Positions 46,553 to 56,526 of a stretch of DNA of 64,000 nucleotides are shown in pieces. The notes below the pieces were generated by a model that was given only the letters and a program-made list of their open reading frames with translations, ran no database searches and was not told where the DNA came from. The translations under genes were made by a program, and so were the position numbers. Positions within the stretch are counted from its first letter, which is position 1. Every line of letters starts with the position of its first letter. The DNA comes from Myxococcota bacterium (GTDB lineage Bacteria; Myxococcota_A; UBA9160; UBA4427). Location: assembly GCA_965250285.1 (NCBI GenBank), contig OZ252299.1:2624001-2688000 (forward strand), given 5' to 3'.

Positions 46553-48402
46553 GGGTTGGACGACTCACTCGAGCGACCCGCCGAGCCCTCGCTCTGCAGG
46601 TCGAGCCGCAGCCGGTCGAGTTTTTCGAGCAGGTTCGGCTGCTCGTCTTCGCGGTGATCCTGCTCGACTGCGCGCTCGTAGTACTCGAGGGCCGCATCGC
46701 GATCGTCCATCAAGAGATGGACGTCGCCGAGGTGCTCACTCACCACGGGGTCACCGCCCGTCAGGTCGTCGGCGAGGCGCAGCTGATCCCGGGCGCGTTC
46801 GAGCAGCTCGAGCGCCGCATCGCGGCTGCCCCGCTCCATCAACGGGCGCGCGCGCATGTAGTAGACCCAGCCTAGGCTGTCGGCGATGTAGCCATCGTCG
46901 GGTGCGATCTCGGTCGCTCGGATGATCAGACGCTCGGCACGGTCGAGATCTTCGCCGCGCTCGGCCAGCGTGTAGCCGATGTAGTTGAGGGCGTGGGCGT
47001 TGTCGGGGTTCTCTTCGAGTACGCGCTCCATCATCTGCATGGCGTCGTCGTTGCGCTTCGCCATGCCGTAGAGCACGCCGATCTGATAGAGCACCTCCTC
47101 GTCGCCCGGATTCTCTTCGAGCATCTCCTCGAGGAGCGCGACGCCCCCTTCGAGGTCGCCGCTGCGCGCGCGTAGGCTGGCCGCGTGAAACTCGATCGGC
47201 CGGTCGCTGCGCACCGCCCGCAGTGCCTCGACCTCGGCCAGCGCCGCGTCGAGGTCGCCTCGCTCCTCGTAGATCGTCGCGATCTGCATGCGGGCATCGG
47301 TGTGCAGGGGGTGGCCCGCTGGCACGCGGGCGAACGCCGCGAGCGCCGCATCGGTCTCGCCGAGGGCACGGCGCACCTGCCCGAGCGCGTAGGCGAGATC
47401 CGGCCGGCCGGGGTTGGCTGCCGCCGCCGCCTCGAATCGCTCGGCCGCCGCCACGGGATCGCCCGCGGAGAACTCGAGCGACGCCAGCCGCTTGATCGCC
47501 TGGACGTCGCTCGGGTGCGCTTCGACGAGGCGACGGTACGTACGGATCGCACCGGCCACGTCGCCGGTCGCGATCTGCGCCTCGCCGAGGCTGACCAGCG
47601 TGCCGTGGTGGTCGGGCTCGTTCTCGAGCACCTCGTAGTAGATCTCGATCTCGCCGGAGCGGTCGCCGGCCGCGCGCCGAACGCGCGCGAGTCGCGAGTA
47701 GAGAACGAATCGGTTCGGGTGGTATTCGAGGCCCTGCCGCAGCGCGGCCTCCGCCTGCTCGAACTCGCGCAGGCGCTCGTAGATCGTCGCGACCGCCATG
47801 TAGGCGCCGAGGTTCTCGGGCTCGGCCTCGAGCAGCAACCGCGCGGTCGTCAGCGCGGTCGTCATCTGACCGCGCTCCATGTACATCTGAAAGAGCAGCA
47901 GCGCCGACTCGCTGTCGATGGGGCGCTCGTTGTGATCGCGGAGCGTGCGCTCGACGTCGCTGTAGCGACGCTGGTGCAGGTAGAGACGGCCGAGGAAACG
48001 TCGCCCCTCGATGTCGTCCGGGTCGAGGGCGAGACCGGTCTCGCCGTAGACGATCGCGCGGTCGATCTCGTCGAGCTGCGCGGCGAAGCGGCTGGCGCGG
48101 TAGGCGAGATACGCCGACCCGGGATCCTTCACGATCGCGCGATCGAGCGCTTCGAGGGCGCCTTCGATGTCGCCGTCGCGCGCGGCGACCTCGGCGACCA
48201 GCACGTCGTAGGTGGCATCGGCGTCCGGGCGCTCGACGGGCCCGTCCTCTTCGGCACGGCCGAGCAGCCCGCCGGTCGAGGAACAGCCCGAGAGCGTCGC
48301 AATCACCAGGAGCGCGGCGAGCAGCGGCCGGAGGCGTGCGCGGCGGCGCACCCACGCGCGTCGCGGCCTCGTCGACCGGGCTCGAACTCGATTCGCCGCC
48401 AT
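46549..48402 (-). CDS. TPR-repeat lipoprotein
   Basis: Lipobox LSGC; many TPRs; ALNYIGYTLAE...YIADSLGWVYY...EHLGD. Confidence 0.9.
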   Translation of the reverse strand: MAANRVRARSTRPRRAWVRRRARLRPLLAALLVIATLSGCSSTGGLLGRAEEDGPVERPDADATYDVLVAEVAARDGDIEGALEALDRAIVKDPGSAYLAYRASRFAAQLDEIDRAIVYGETGLALDPDDIEGRRFLGRLYLHQRRYSDVERTLRDHNERPIDSESALLLFQMYMERGQMTTALTTARLLLEAEPENLGAYMAVATIYERLREFEQAEAALRQGLEYHPNRFVLYSRLARVRRAAGDRSGEIEIYYEVLENEPDHHGTLVSLGEAQIATGDVAGAIRTYRRLVEAHPSDVQAIKRLASLEFSAGDPVAAAERFEAAAAANPGRPDLAYALGQVRRALGETDAALAAFARVPAGHPLHTDARMQIATIYEERGDLDAALAEVEALRAVRSDRPIEFHAASLRARSGDLEGGVALLEEMLEENPGDEEVLYQIGVLYGMAKRNDDAMQMMERVLEENPDNAHALNYIGYTLAERGEDLDRAERLIIRATEIAPDDGYIADSLGWVYYMRARPLMERGSRDAALELLERARDQLRLADDLTGGDPVVSEHLGDVHLLMDDRDAALEYYERAVEQDHREDEQPNLLEKLDRLRLDLQSEGSAGRSSESSNP

Positions 48403-48453
48403 CAAGCTCCCATCGGCTCGTCGGCGCTCCGACTGGCGCAGAAACGCGACGGG

Positions 48454-49068
48454 TCAGGCAGAGAGATAGCCCTGTTTCTCGAGGTAGGCGACGAGATCGG
48501 CTGCGCTCTGCTCGACGGACTGGCTCGCGGTATCGATGACGAGCTCGGGCTTGAGGGGCTCTTCATAGGGGGCCGAGATTCCGGTGAATTCGGGGATCTC
48601 GCCGGCGCGGGCCTTGGCGTAGAGACCCTTCACGTCGCGGCCCTCGCACGTCTCGAGGTCGGCGGAGACGTAGCACTCGACGAAGTCGCCCTCGCCCATG
48701 ATCTCACGCACCTGATCGCGGTCGGCGCGGTAGGGCGAGATGAACGACGTGAAGACGATGACGCCCGCATCGGTGAAGAGCTTCGAGACCTCGCCGATGC
48801 GGCGGATGTTCTCGGTGCGGTCCTCGGGCGAGAAGCCGAGGTTGCTGTTCAGCCCCATGCGGATGTTGTCGCCGTCGAGGATGTAGGTCGCCTTGCCCTT
48901 GTCGTGCAGCATCTTCTCGGCGGCGACGGCCACGGTCGACTTGCCCGAGCCCGAGAGCCCCGTCAGCCAGATGGTGACGCCCCGCTGGCCCTTCTGGGCC
49001 TCGCGATCGGTGCGCGCGACCTGACCCTCGTGCCACGTGATGTTCTTCGACTTCGGCTCGTCTGCCAC
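48454..49068 (-). CDS. cysC: Adenylyl-sulfate kinase
   Basis: WLTGLSGSGKST, LDGDNIR, RTENIRR, ISPY, FTGISAPYE. Confidence 0.96.
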   Translation of the reverse strand: MADEPKSKNITWHEGQVARTDREAQKGQRGVTIWLTGLSGSGKSTVAVAAEKMLHDKGKATYILDGDNIRMGLNSNLGFSPEDRTENIRRIGEVSKLFTDAGVIVFTSFISPYRADRDQVREIMGEGDFVECYVSADLETCEGRDVKGLYAKARAGEIPEFTGISAPYEEPLKPELVIDTASQSVEQSAADLVAYLEKQGYLSA

Positions 49069-49358
49069 GACTCGGTTTCCTCGCTCGTTCGCTGACCCGG
49101 CGCCGGCGCTCCGCGTCTGCGGGGCGGGCGGGTCGATTGGATGTGCGCGCATGCGCTGGGGTCTCGCCGCCGGAGCCGGGCCCGGTCCGCTTCGAGGCGA
49201 CCTGGACACCCGCGCCGCCCCGTTCGGGCGGCGGCTCCGATGGCTTCGGGACGCCGGAGACTAGCCGCCCCGGGGTCGCGGCGCCCCCGGCCCGGCGGCT
49301 GCGCAACGCTGCGCGGCGGGGATGCGATGGCCCGCCGCACGGGCCCCCGGGGTCGCCT

Positions 49359-50528
49359 TCAGGCGCCCTCGCCCCGGGCCGCCCGCACCTCTTCGACGAC
49401 GCGCGCCCCGGCGCGGTCGATCTCCTCGGCCGTCGTGAAGCGCCCGAGGCCGAACCGGATCGTCGCCCGAGCGAGCGCCGCGTCGTGGCCGATGGCCGTC
49501 AACACGTGGCTCGGCGCCGGATCGGCCGAGCTGCAGGCCGAGCCGGTGGAGAGTGCGAGATCGGGCAGCGCGAGCAGCAGTTTGTCCCCGTCGACGCCCT
49601 CGAACGAGACGCTCAGATTGCCCGGCAGGCTGCGCGCCGGGTCGCCGTTTCGGCGCACGCCGCCGAGCGCCGACTCGAGGGATGACCACAGCTGATCGCG
49701 CAGGGCGCCGACGCGCAGTGCCTCGGCCGCACGCTCTTCGGCCGCGATCTCGGCGGCCGTCGCGAGCCCGACGACCTGGTGGACGGCGATCGTGCCCGAG
49801 CGCAGACCGCCCTCGTGTCCTCCACCCAGCTGGCGCGCCTCGATTCGCGCACGCGGGCGCCGACGGCGCACGTAGAGCGCGCCCGAACCCTTCGGTCCGT
49901 AGATCTTGTGGGCCGAGACCGAGAGCAGCGCGAGCGGCACGTCGCTCACGTCGAGCGGGACCTTGCCGAACGCCTGAGCCGCGTCGCTGTGCAGTGGCAC
50001 ACCCCGGTCGGCGCACAGGCCGGCGATCGCGGACATCTCGGCGACCGTGCCGATCTCGCTGTTCGCCCACATCACCGAAACCAGCGCGGTCTCGGTCTCG
50101 AGCCTTCGCTCGAGCTCGCCGAGGTCGACGTGCCCGTGCGCGTCGACCTCGAGGCGGGCGACGGGCGTGCCCTGGCGCTCGAGCCAGGCGATCGGGTCGA
50201 GCACGGCCGGGTGCTCGGTCACCACGCTCACGATGGGTCGCCCGGGCGCGCGGGCGGCTGCCCCGAACACCGCCAGGTTGTTGCTCTCGGTGGCACCGCT
50301 CGTGAAGACGATCTCGCGGGGCTCGGCGCCGAGCGCAGCGGCGAGGCGCTCCCGGGCCTGCTCGACCGCGGCCTCGGCGCGCCACCCGTACACGTGGCTT
50401 GCGCTCGATGGATTGCCGAAATCACCCCGCGCGCCGCCGTCGAGCCAGGGGCGCATGGCTTCGAAGACGCGCTCGTCGACGGGGGTGGTGGCGTGATGGT
50501 CGAGGTAGATCGGCGCTTCGGTCGGCAC
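49359..50528 (-). CDS. iscS: Cysteine desulfurase (IscS/NifS family)
   Basis: YLDHHATTP, FTSGATESNN, SAHKIYGPKG, RSGT, STGSACSS. Confidence 0.92.
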   Translation of the reverse strand: MPTEAPIYLDHHATTPVDERVFEAMRPWLDGGARGDFGNPSSASHVYGWRAEAAVEQARERLAAALGAEPREIVFTSGATESNNLAVFGAAARAPGRPIVSVVTEHPAVLDPIAWLERQGTPVARLEVDAHGHVDLGELERRLETETALVSVMWANSEIGTVAEMSAIAGLCADRGVPLHSDAAQAFGKVPLDVSDVPLALLSVSAHKIYGPKGSGALYVRRRRPRARIEARQLGGGHEGGLRSGTIAVHQVVGLATAAEIAAEERAAEALRVGALRDQLWSSLESALGGVRRNGDPARSLPGNLSVSFEGVDGDKLLLALPDLALSTGSACSSADPAPSHVLTAIGHDAALARATIRFGLGRFTTAEEIDRAGARVVEEVRAARGEGA

Positions 50529-50543
50529 CGGCCTGGATCCGGG

Positions 50544-50873
50544 TCAGGCCGCGAAGCTCTGTCCGCAGCCGCAGGTGTTGTTGGCGTTCGGGTTCTCGAT
50601 CTTGAAGCCCGATTCCTGGAGCGAGTCGACGAAGTCGAGCACCGACCCGACGAGGTAGAGCGCGCTCTTCTCGTCGACGACCACGCGCACGTCGTGCGCC
50701 TCGATCTCGTTGTCGACGTCCTTCATCGCGTCGTCGAATGACAGCTGGTACTGAAGCCCCGAGCAGCCCCCGCCCACGACCTTCATGCGCAGGCGATGGG
50801 TGTCGAGCTTGCCGTCCTCTTCGAGGAGGGCGTGGATGCGCTCGGCGGCAGCTTCGGTGACTTCGATCATCAT
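50544..50873 (-). CDS. A-type Fe-S carrier (IscA/ErpA/HesB)
   Basis: GGGCSGLQY...NPNANNTCGCGQSF. Confidence 0.95.
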   Translation of the reverse strand: MMIEVTEAAAERIHALLEEDGKLDTHRLRMKVVGGGCSGLQYQLSFDDAMKDVDNEIEAHDVRVVVDEKSALYLVGSVLDFVDSLQESGFKIENPNANNTCGCGQSFAA

Positions 50874-51006
50874 CTCTCTCCGTCTGGGCCAGGCGCGCGG
50901 GCGCGCCGACCTCATCCTAGCTCACGGCTCCTCATCGACCGAATCGGGCCCTGGGTGGACCCCTTCGGCTCGGACCGAGTCGCGCAGGGGGTGTACCCCG
51001 CTCGGC

Positions 51007-51798
51007 TCAGTGGGCGGCTGCCCCCTCGCTGCGCGCGAGATGCACGAAGATCTCGATGTTGCCCTTGGGCCCGGGCACCCGACAGTCGGCCCGCCCGATC
51101 TCTCTGTGACCCAGCGCCTCGGCTGCGCGTACGACCTCATCGGCCGCGTCGCGCCGAAGCGCGTCGTCGCGCACGACGCCCCCCTTCCCGACCCGCTCGC
51201 GCCCGACTTCGAACTGCGGCTTCACCATGAGCAGCCACTCGGCCTCGCCCGCGCGCTCCGCGATCGCGCCGAGCAGCAGCCGGATCGAGATGAACGAGAC
51301 GTCGACCACGACGAGCTGAAAGGGTTCGATGCCGGCCGGGATCGACAGATCCGCCAGGTCACGGGCATGGGTGCCCTCGAACGCCAGAACCCGCTCGTCC
51401 CGCAGGAGGCGCTCGTGGAGCTGCGCGCGGCCGACGTCGACCGCGACGACGTGGCGCGCGCCGTGCTGGAGCAGGCAGTCGGTGAAGCCGCCCGTCGAGG
51501 CCCCGACATCGAGACACGAGCGGCCGGCGGGATCGATCCCGAGGTCGGCCAGGGCGCCAGCGAGCTTGTCTCCACCGCGCGAGACGTAGCGACGGGCATC
51601 GCCCTTGAGTCGCAGCACCGCGTCCTCGGCGACCCGCGTGCCCGGCTTGTCGCAGGGGGCATCGTTCACCAGCACCCGACCCGCGAGAATCAGCGAACGC
51701 GCCAGACTGCGTGATTCGGCCAGCCCTTCGGCGTGGACGCGTTCGTCGAGTCGGGGGCGTCGCTGGGCCGCGGGCGGGCGCGCGTCGCGGCCCGGCAT
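51007..51798 (-). CDS. tlyA: TlyA family rRNA 2'-O-methyltransferase
   Basis: S4 domain, YVSRGGDKL, DVGASTGGFTD, DVSFIS, KPQFE, GPKGNIE. Confidence 0.95.
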   Translation of the reverse strand: MPGRDARPPAAQRRPRLDERVHAEGLAESRSLARSLILAGRVLVNDAPCDKPGTRVAEDAVLRLKGDARRYVSRGGDKLAGALADLGIDPAGRSCLDVGASTGGFTDCLLQHGARHVVAVDVGRAQLHERLLRDERVLAFEGTHARDLADLSIPAGIEPFQLVVVDVSFISIRLLLGAIAERAGEAEWLLMVKPQFEVGRERVGKGGVVRDDALRRDAADEVVRAAEALGHREIGRADCRVPGPKGNIEIFVHLARSEGAAAH

Positions 51799-53693
51799 CA
51801 GGTGTCGAGCAGCCGGGCCGCCGTGTCCGCGATGTCGCCCGCGCCGAGGCCCACCGACTCGCGCGTCTCGCCGTGCTCGATGAGCTTGTCGGGCACGCCG
51901 ATGACGCGACAGGGCCGGTTCAGGCCCGCGTCCGAGAGCGCCTCGAGGACGGCGCTGCCGAAGCCGCCGAGGGCGCTGTGCTCCTCGACGGTCACGACCG
52001 CGCGGCACTTCTCGGCGAGCGGGATCAGACGTTCGACATCGAGCGGCTTGGCGAAGCGTGCATTCCAGACGGACGCCGAGATGCCGCGGCCGGCCAGCTC
52101 CTGCGCCGCATCGAGCGCGGGATGCACCACGGTGCCGTAGGCCGCGATGAGCACGTCGTCGCCGTCGCGCAGCAGCTCCGACTCGCCGAGCGCGATCGGC
52201 TTCACGTCGGGATCGAGCGCCACGCCCTCCCCCGCGCCGCGCGGGAACCGGATCGCGGCCGGTCCCGGATACTCGACGGCGGTGGCCAGCATGTGCTGCA
52301 GCTCGTTCTCGTCCTTCGGCGCCATCACGACCACGTTCGGGAGGTTGCGCAGATACGCGACGTCGAAGAGGCCCTGGTGGGTCGCTCCGTCGGCGCCGAC
52401 GAGGCCCGCGCGGTCGAGTGCCATGGTCACGTCGAGGTTCTGCAGGCAGACGTCGTGCACGACCTGGTCGTACGCGCGCTGCAGGAACGTCGAGTAGATC
52501 GCGGCGACCGGCTTCAGCCCCTCGACCGCGAGACCGGCGGCGAAGGTGACACCATGCTGCTCGGCGATGCCCACGTCGTAGAAGCGATCGGGGAACTTGC
52601 GCTGGAACTGGTCGAGACCCGTCCCCGGCGCCATGGCCGCGGTGATCGCGACGATGCGCTCGTCGTCCTTCGCGAGGCGGCAGAGCGTGTCGCTGAAAAC
52701 CTTGGTGTACGACGGCGGCGCGGGCGTCTTCTTCTCGAACTGCCCACTCGCGACGTCGAAACGACCGACGCCGTGGTACTTCAGCGGGTCGGCCTCGGCG
52801 GGCGCGTAGCCGTGCCCCTTCTCGGTCAGCGCGTGGATCAGCACCGGGCCGCTGCCCTTGCGGCACATCTCCTTCGCGTTCTCGAGCGTCTCGAGCACGA
52901 CTTCGATCCGATGCCCCTGAATCGGGCCGACGTAGCGGAAACCGAGCGCCTCGAAGAGCAGGCCCGGCGAGAAGAACACCTTGAGCGACTCTTCGGCCTT
53001 GCGCGCCCAGTGCAGCATGTCGCCGGGCATCGACGTGAGGAACTCCTTCGCCCAGCCCTTCATGCTGCGCACCATCGGCGCGGACAGCTTGCGCGAGAGG
53101 AACGACGAGAGCGCACCCACGTTCGGCGAGATCGACATCTCGTTGTCGTTGAGCACGACGATCAGGTTCGTCTCTTCGAGGTGCCCCGCGTGGTTGAGGG
53201 CCTCGAACGCCATGCCGGCGGTCATCGCGCCGTCGCCGATCAACGCGACGACGAGGCCGTCCTCGCCCCGATGGCGCTTGCCTCGCGCCATGCCGAGCGC
53301 GGCCGAGATCGACGTGCCGGCGTGGCCCGCGCCGAAGCTGTCATGCTCACTCTCGCTGCGGCGCAGGAACTTCGAGACCCCGTCGAGCTGACCGATGGTG
53401 TCGAAGCCGGCCCGTCGCCCGGTGAGCATCTTGTGGGGGTAGCCCTGATGCCCGACGTCGAGCACGAGCCGGTCGTCGGGCGTATCGAAGACATAGTGGA
53501 TCGCCGTGATCAGCTCGACGGCGCCGAGACTCGACGCGAGATGGCCACCGGTCTGACTCACGCGATCGAGGATCTCGGCGCGAATCTCGTCGGCCACCTG
53601 CCCGACCTTCTCGCGCGGCAGTTCGCGCAGATCGGCGGGCGAGTCGATCGAATGGAGAAGTGCTCGATCCGCGTTGTCGTCGCGCGTCGTCAT
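51798..53693 (-). CDS. dxs: 1-deoxy-D-xylulose-5-phosphate synthase
   Basis: GGHLASSLG, DVGHQGYPHK, GDGAMTAG, GIAEQH, YSTFLQRAYDQ, DGATHQG. Confidence 0.97.
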   Translation of the reverse strand: MTTRDDNADRALLHSIDSPADLRELPREKVGQVADEIRAEILDRVSQTGGHLASSLGAVELITAIHYVFDTPDDRLVLDVGHQGYPHKMLTGRRAGFDTIGQLDGVSKFLRRSESEHDSFGAGHAGTSISAALGMARGKRHRGEDGLVVALIGDGAMTAGMAFEALNHAGHLEETNLIVVLNDNEMSISPNVGALSSFLSRKLSAPMVRSMKGWAKEFLTSMPGDMLHWARKAEESLKVFFSPGLLFEALGFRYVGPIQGHRIEVVLETLENAKEMCRKGSGPVLIHALTEKGHGYAPAEADPLKYHGVGRFDVASGQFEKKTPAPPSYTKVFSDTLCRLAKDDERIVAITAAMAPGTGLDQFQRKFPDRFYDVGIAEQHGVTFAAGLAVEGLKPVAAIYSTFLQRAYDQVVHDVCLQNLDVTMALDRAGLVGADGATHQGLFDVAYLRNLPNVVVMAPKDENELQHMLATAVEYPGPAAIRFPRGAGEGVALDPDVKPIALGESELLRDGDDVLIAAYGTVVHPALDAAQELAGRGISASVWNARFAKPLDVERLIPLAEKCRAVVTVEEHSALGGFGSAVLEALSDAGLNRPCRVIGVPDKLIEHGETRESVGLGAGDIADTAARLLDT

Positions 53694-54538
53694 GTCTTCC
53701 TCCGCACCGCGAAGCGGGCGAGCTCGCGCAGCGGTTTGGCTTGCTCTCCCATCCCCTCGAGCTCGGCCAGAGCCCGTTCGAGGAGACGCTCTGCTTCTTC
53801 GGCCGCGCCGTCGCGACCGATCAGCGGAATCAGCGAGCACCCTTCGTCTTCGTCGGCGTCCAGCAAGTCGTCGGCCACCTGAAATGAGATGCCGACGGCC
53901 TCGCCATAGCGTCCCAATCGGCCGATCGTTTCGTCGTCGGCCCCGACGCAGAGCCCACCGCCGATGACCGACGCGGTGATCAGCGCGGCCGTCTTGCGGC
54001 GGTGAATCGAAGTCACGCTCTCGAGATCTGTACGTTTCGCGTCGAAGGCGAGGTCGTCGACCTGTCCGCCGACCAGGCCTGCCGCGCCGACCGATCTGGA
54101 CAAACAGGAGACCGCGCGGGCCACGCCTCGCTCGCCGATCGAATCGATCGCGGCCGACGCGGTGAGGGTCTCGAACGCCGCCGTCTGCAGCGCGTCGCCC
54201 GCGAGCACCGCCGTGGCCTCGTCGAACGCGACATGCACGGTCGGGCGCCCCCGCCGCTCGTCATCGTCGTCCATGCACGGCAGATCGTCGTGCACGAGAG
54301 AGTACGTGTGGATCAGCTCGACGGCCGCGGCCATCGGTGTTGCGCGGCGCGGATCGCCGCCCGCGGCCTCGGCGCCGGCATAGACGAGTGCCGGACGCAG
54401 CCGCTTGCCACCGGGGAAGACGAGGTGGCGCATGGCGGCGTGCAGCCGCGCGGGCGGCGCGTCGGCGACCGGCAGCGCGGCCTCGAGGGCTTCGTTCACC
54501 CAGGGCGTGCGTTCGGCGATGTAGGCCAGTGCATCCAT
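53690..54538 (-). CDS. ispA: Polyprenyl (farnesyl) diphosphate synthase
   Basis: GGKRLRP, SLVHDDLPCMDDDDERRG, GQVDD, KTA, FQVADDLLD. Confidence 0.95.
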   Translation of the reverse strand: MDALAYIAERTPWVNEALEAALPVADAPPARLHAAMRHLVFPGGKRLRPALVYAGAEAAGGDPRRATPMAAAVELIHTYSLVHDDLPCMDDDDERRGRPTVHVAFDEATAVLAGDALQTAAFETLTASAAIDSIGERGVARAVSCLSRSVGAAGLVGGQVDDLAFDAKRTDLESVTSIHRRKTAALITASVIGGGLCVGADDETIGRLGRYGEAVGISFQVADDLLDADEDEGCSLIPLIGRDGAAEEAERLLERALAELEGMGEQAKPLRELARFAVRRKT

Positions 54539-54560
54539 GTGGCTGCGCTCGACTCGCTTT

Positions 54561-54896
54561 CTACGCGGGCTCTTCAGCTTCGGCGGCGAACGGTCGGGTC
54601 GACGCGTCGCCGGCCTCTCCGGTGAGGATCTCGACCTTGCGCTCGGCGGCCTCGAGCTGGGCCTGGCAGTGCCGCGTCAGCTGCACCCCGTCCTCGAAGC
54701 GGGCCAGCGCGTCGGCCAGGTCGAGGTCTCCCTCCTCGAGGCGGTCGACGATGGCCTCGAGCTGAGCCAATGCGTCCTCGAAGCTCAGCTCGGCGAACGG
54801 GTTCTCGGCCTCGGCCCCGTCGCTGGCCTTCTTCTTGGCCGCCTTGCGTGCGCTGGTCTTGCGCCCGCCCGACTGGCTGCGGCTCCCCTCGGTCAC
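54561..54896 (-). CDS. xseB: Exodeoxyribonuclease VII small subunit
   Basis: SFEDALAQLEAIVDRLEEGDLDL...FEDG...LEAAERKV. Confidence 0.93.
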   Translation of the reverse strand: MTEGSRSQSGGRKTSARKAAKKKASDGAEAENPFAELSFEDALAQLEAIVDRLEEGDLDLADALARFEDGVQLTRHCQAQLEAAERKVEILTGEAGDASTRPFAAEAEEPA

Positions 54897-55063
54897 GGCT
54901 CCTCCCTCGCTCGATCGCTCGATCGCCGTCCACGCGATCTTGCGCTCTCAATATGCGCAGATTGTGGCGCCGGTGAGGAAGGAAACAGCCGCAGGCGAAC
55001 CCAGATCGAGATCTCGATCGCCCCCACCGGGCGTGCACGGGCAGCACACGACGATCGCCGCCA

Positions 55064-55091
55064 AACGTACCCCAGGGCGCCTGTCCGTCAA
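55064..55091 (-). promoter_or_regulatory. Internal sigma-70-type promoter for xseB-ispA-dxs-tlyA
   Basis: TTGACG-N16-TACGTT on the minus strand, in the 266-bp xseA-xseB gap. Confidence 0.55.
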
Positions 55092-55162
55092 TCAACGAGG
55101 CCCGCCAAGACACCGGTTCTGAAGGCTTTTTCAAGCAACCGCGCGTTGCATGAAGAATCGCT

Positions 55163-56518
55163 TCAGTCGCCCTCGACCTCGCTCACCGAGGCGCGAAGCG
55201 CGCCCTCGCCGAGCTGCAGACGCACGTCGTCGCCGGGCGCCACATCGGCCGCCCGGCGCAAGATGCGCCCGTCTCGCGCGCGGCGAGCGACGGCGAAGCC
55301 CCGGCCGAGCACGGCCAGCGGAGAGAGCGCGTCGAGACGAGCCGAGAGTGAACCGAGCCGGGCCTGCGCACGCTCCGGAGCGCGCTGGCCGGCCGGCACG
55401 AGCGCATGGGCCGCGACCTCGAGCCGAGCCCGCGCCCGCCGCGGATGCGCGGCCAGCGCGTGTCCGAGGGCGAGCCGAGCCCGCGAGAGCCGCTCACCGG
55501 CCTCGGCCGGGACTCGGGCGGTCGCGATCGGGAGCGCCCGAACGGCGGCGTTCAAGCGCGCGCGCCAGGTCGCGATGCGCGCCGCGGGCGAGAGGGCCCG
55601 CAGCGCGTCGGCCTCACGGTGCAGCCGCGCTTGCAGACGTTCGGCCTGACTGCTCATCGCGAGCGCGAGGCGGTGCGCCGCCCGCTCGACGTCGCTTCGC
55701 AACTCGTCGCGGTGCGGCACCACGAGCTCGGCCGCGGCCGACGGCGTCGGCGCGCGGACGTCGGCGACGAGGTCGGCGATCGTCACGTCCACCTCGTGCC
55801 CGACGCCCGAGATCACGGGATGCGGACACGCGGCGATGGCCCGGGCGACCGCCTCGGTGTTGAACGCCTGCAGGTCTTCGAGCGAACCGCCGCCGCGCAC
55901 GACGAGCACCACGTCGACGTCCTGCGCCCCGATCGCCTCGATCGCGGCCGCCACTTCGGCGGCGGCCGTCGCCCCCTGAACCTGGGTCGGAGACACGAGG
56001 ATCGGCACGCCGGGCAGCCGCCGCGCGGTCACCTCGAGCACGTCGCGAATCGCCGCGCTCGTCGGCGACGTGACGAGACCGATGCGGCGCGGCAGCGGCG
56101 GCGGCGTGCGCTTGCGCGCTGGATCGAAGAGGCCCTCGGCCTCGAGGCGCCGGCGCAGCTGCTCGAAGGCGAGCTGCAGAGCCCCGGTTCCGCGCGGCTC
56201 GATGGCGCGGACGATCAGCTGCAGGTCACCCCGTGCGGCATAGATCGAGACCTCGGCGTACACCTCGACCTCGAGCCCGTCTTCGAGTTCGAACGGCACA
56301 CGCGTGCCTGCGCTGCGAAAGAGCGCGCAGCGGATCTGGCCCTGCTCGTCTTTCAGGGAGAAGTAGCTGTGGCCCGAGCGGGCCCGGTGCAGGTTGCTGA
56401 TCTCGCCGCTGGTCCAGACGCGCCCGACCTGATCGTCGAGCAGCCCCGACAGACCGGCGAGCAGCTCGCTCACCGTGAACACGCGCCGGGTGCGCTCGCC
56501 GCGCTGGGCCTCGGCCAT
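55163..56518 (-). CDS. xseA: Exodeoxyribonuclease VII large subunit
   Basis: GEISN...SGHSYFSLKD, TSPTSAAIRD, RGGGSLEDL, GVGHEVD, APTPSAAAE. Confidence 0.96.
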   Translation of the reverse strand: MAEAQRGERTRRVFTVSELLAGLSGLLDDQVGRVWTSGEISNLHRARSGHSYFSLKDEQGQIRCALFRSAGTRVPFELEDGLEVEVYAEVSIYAARGDLQLIVRAIEPRGTGALQLAFEQLRRRLEAEGLFDPARKRTPPPLPRRIGLVTSPTSAAIRDVLEVTARRLPGVPILVSPTQVQGATAAAEVAAAIEAIGAQDVDVVLVVRGGGSLEDLQAFNTEAVARAIAACPHPVISGVGHEVDVTIADLVADVRAPTPSAAAELVVPHRDELRSDVERAAHRLALAMSSQAERLQARLHREADALRALSPAARIATWRARLNAAVRALPIATARVPAEAGERLSRARLALGHALAAHPRRARARLEVAAHALVPAGQRAPERAQARLGSLSARLDALSPLAVLGRGFAVARRARDGRILRRAADVAPGDDVRLQLGEGALRASVSEVEGD

Positions 56519-56526
56519 GCGGAGCG

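Noticed and set aside
49069..49358. Possible SAM or other sulfur riboswitch upstream of cysC
   Set aside because: Only generic GC-rich hairpins are present, with no recognisable aptamer consensus or terminator.
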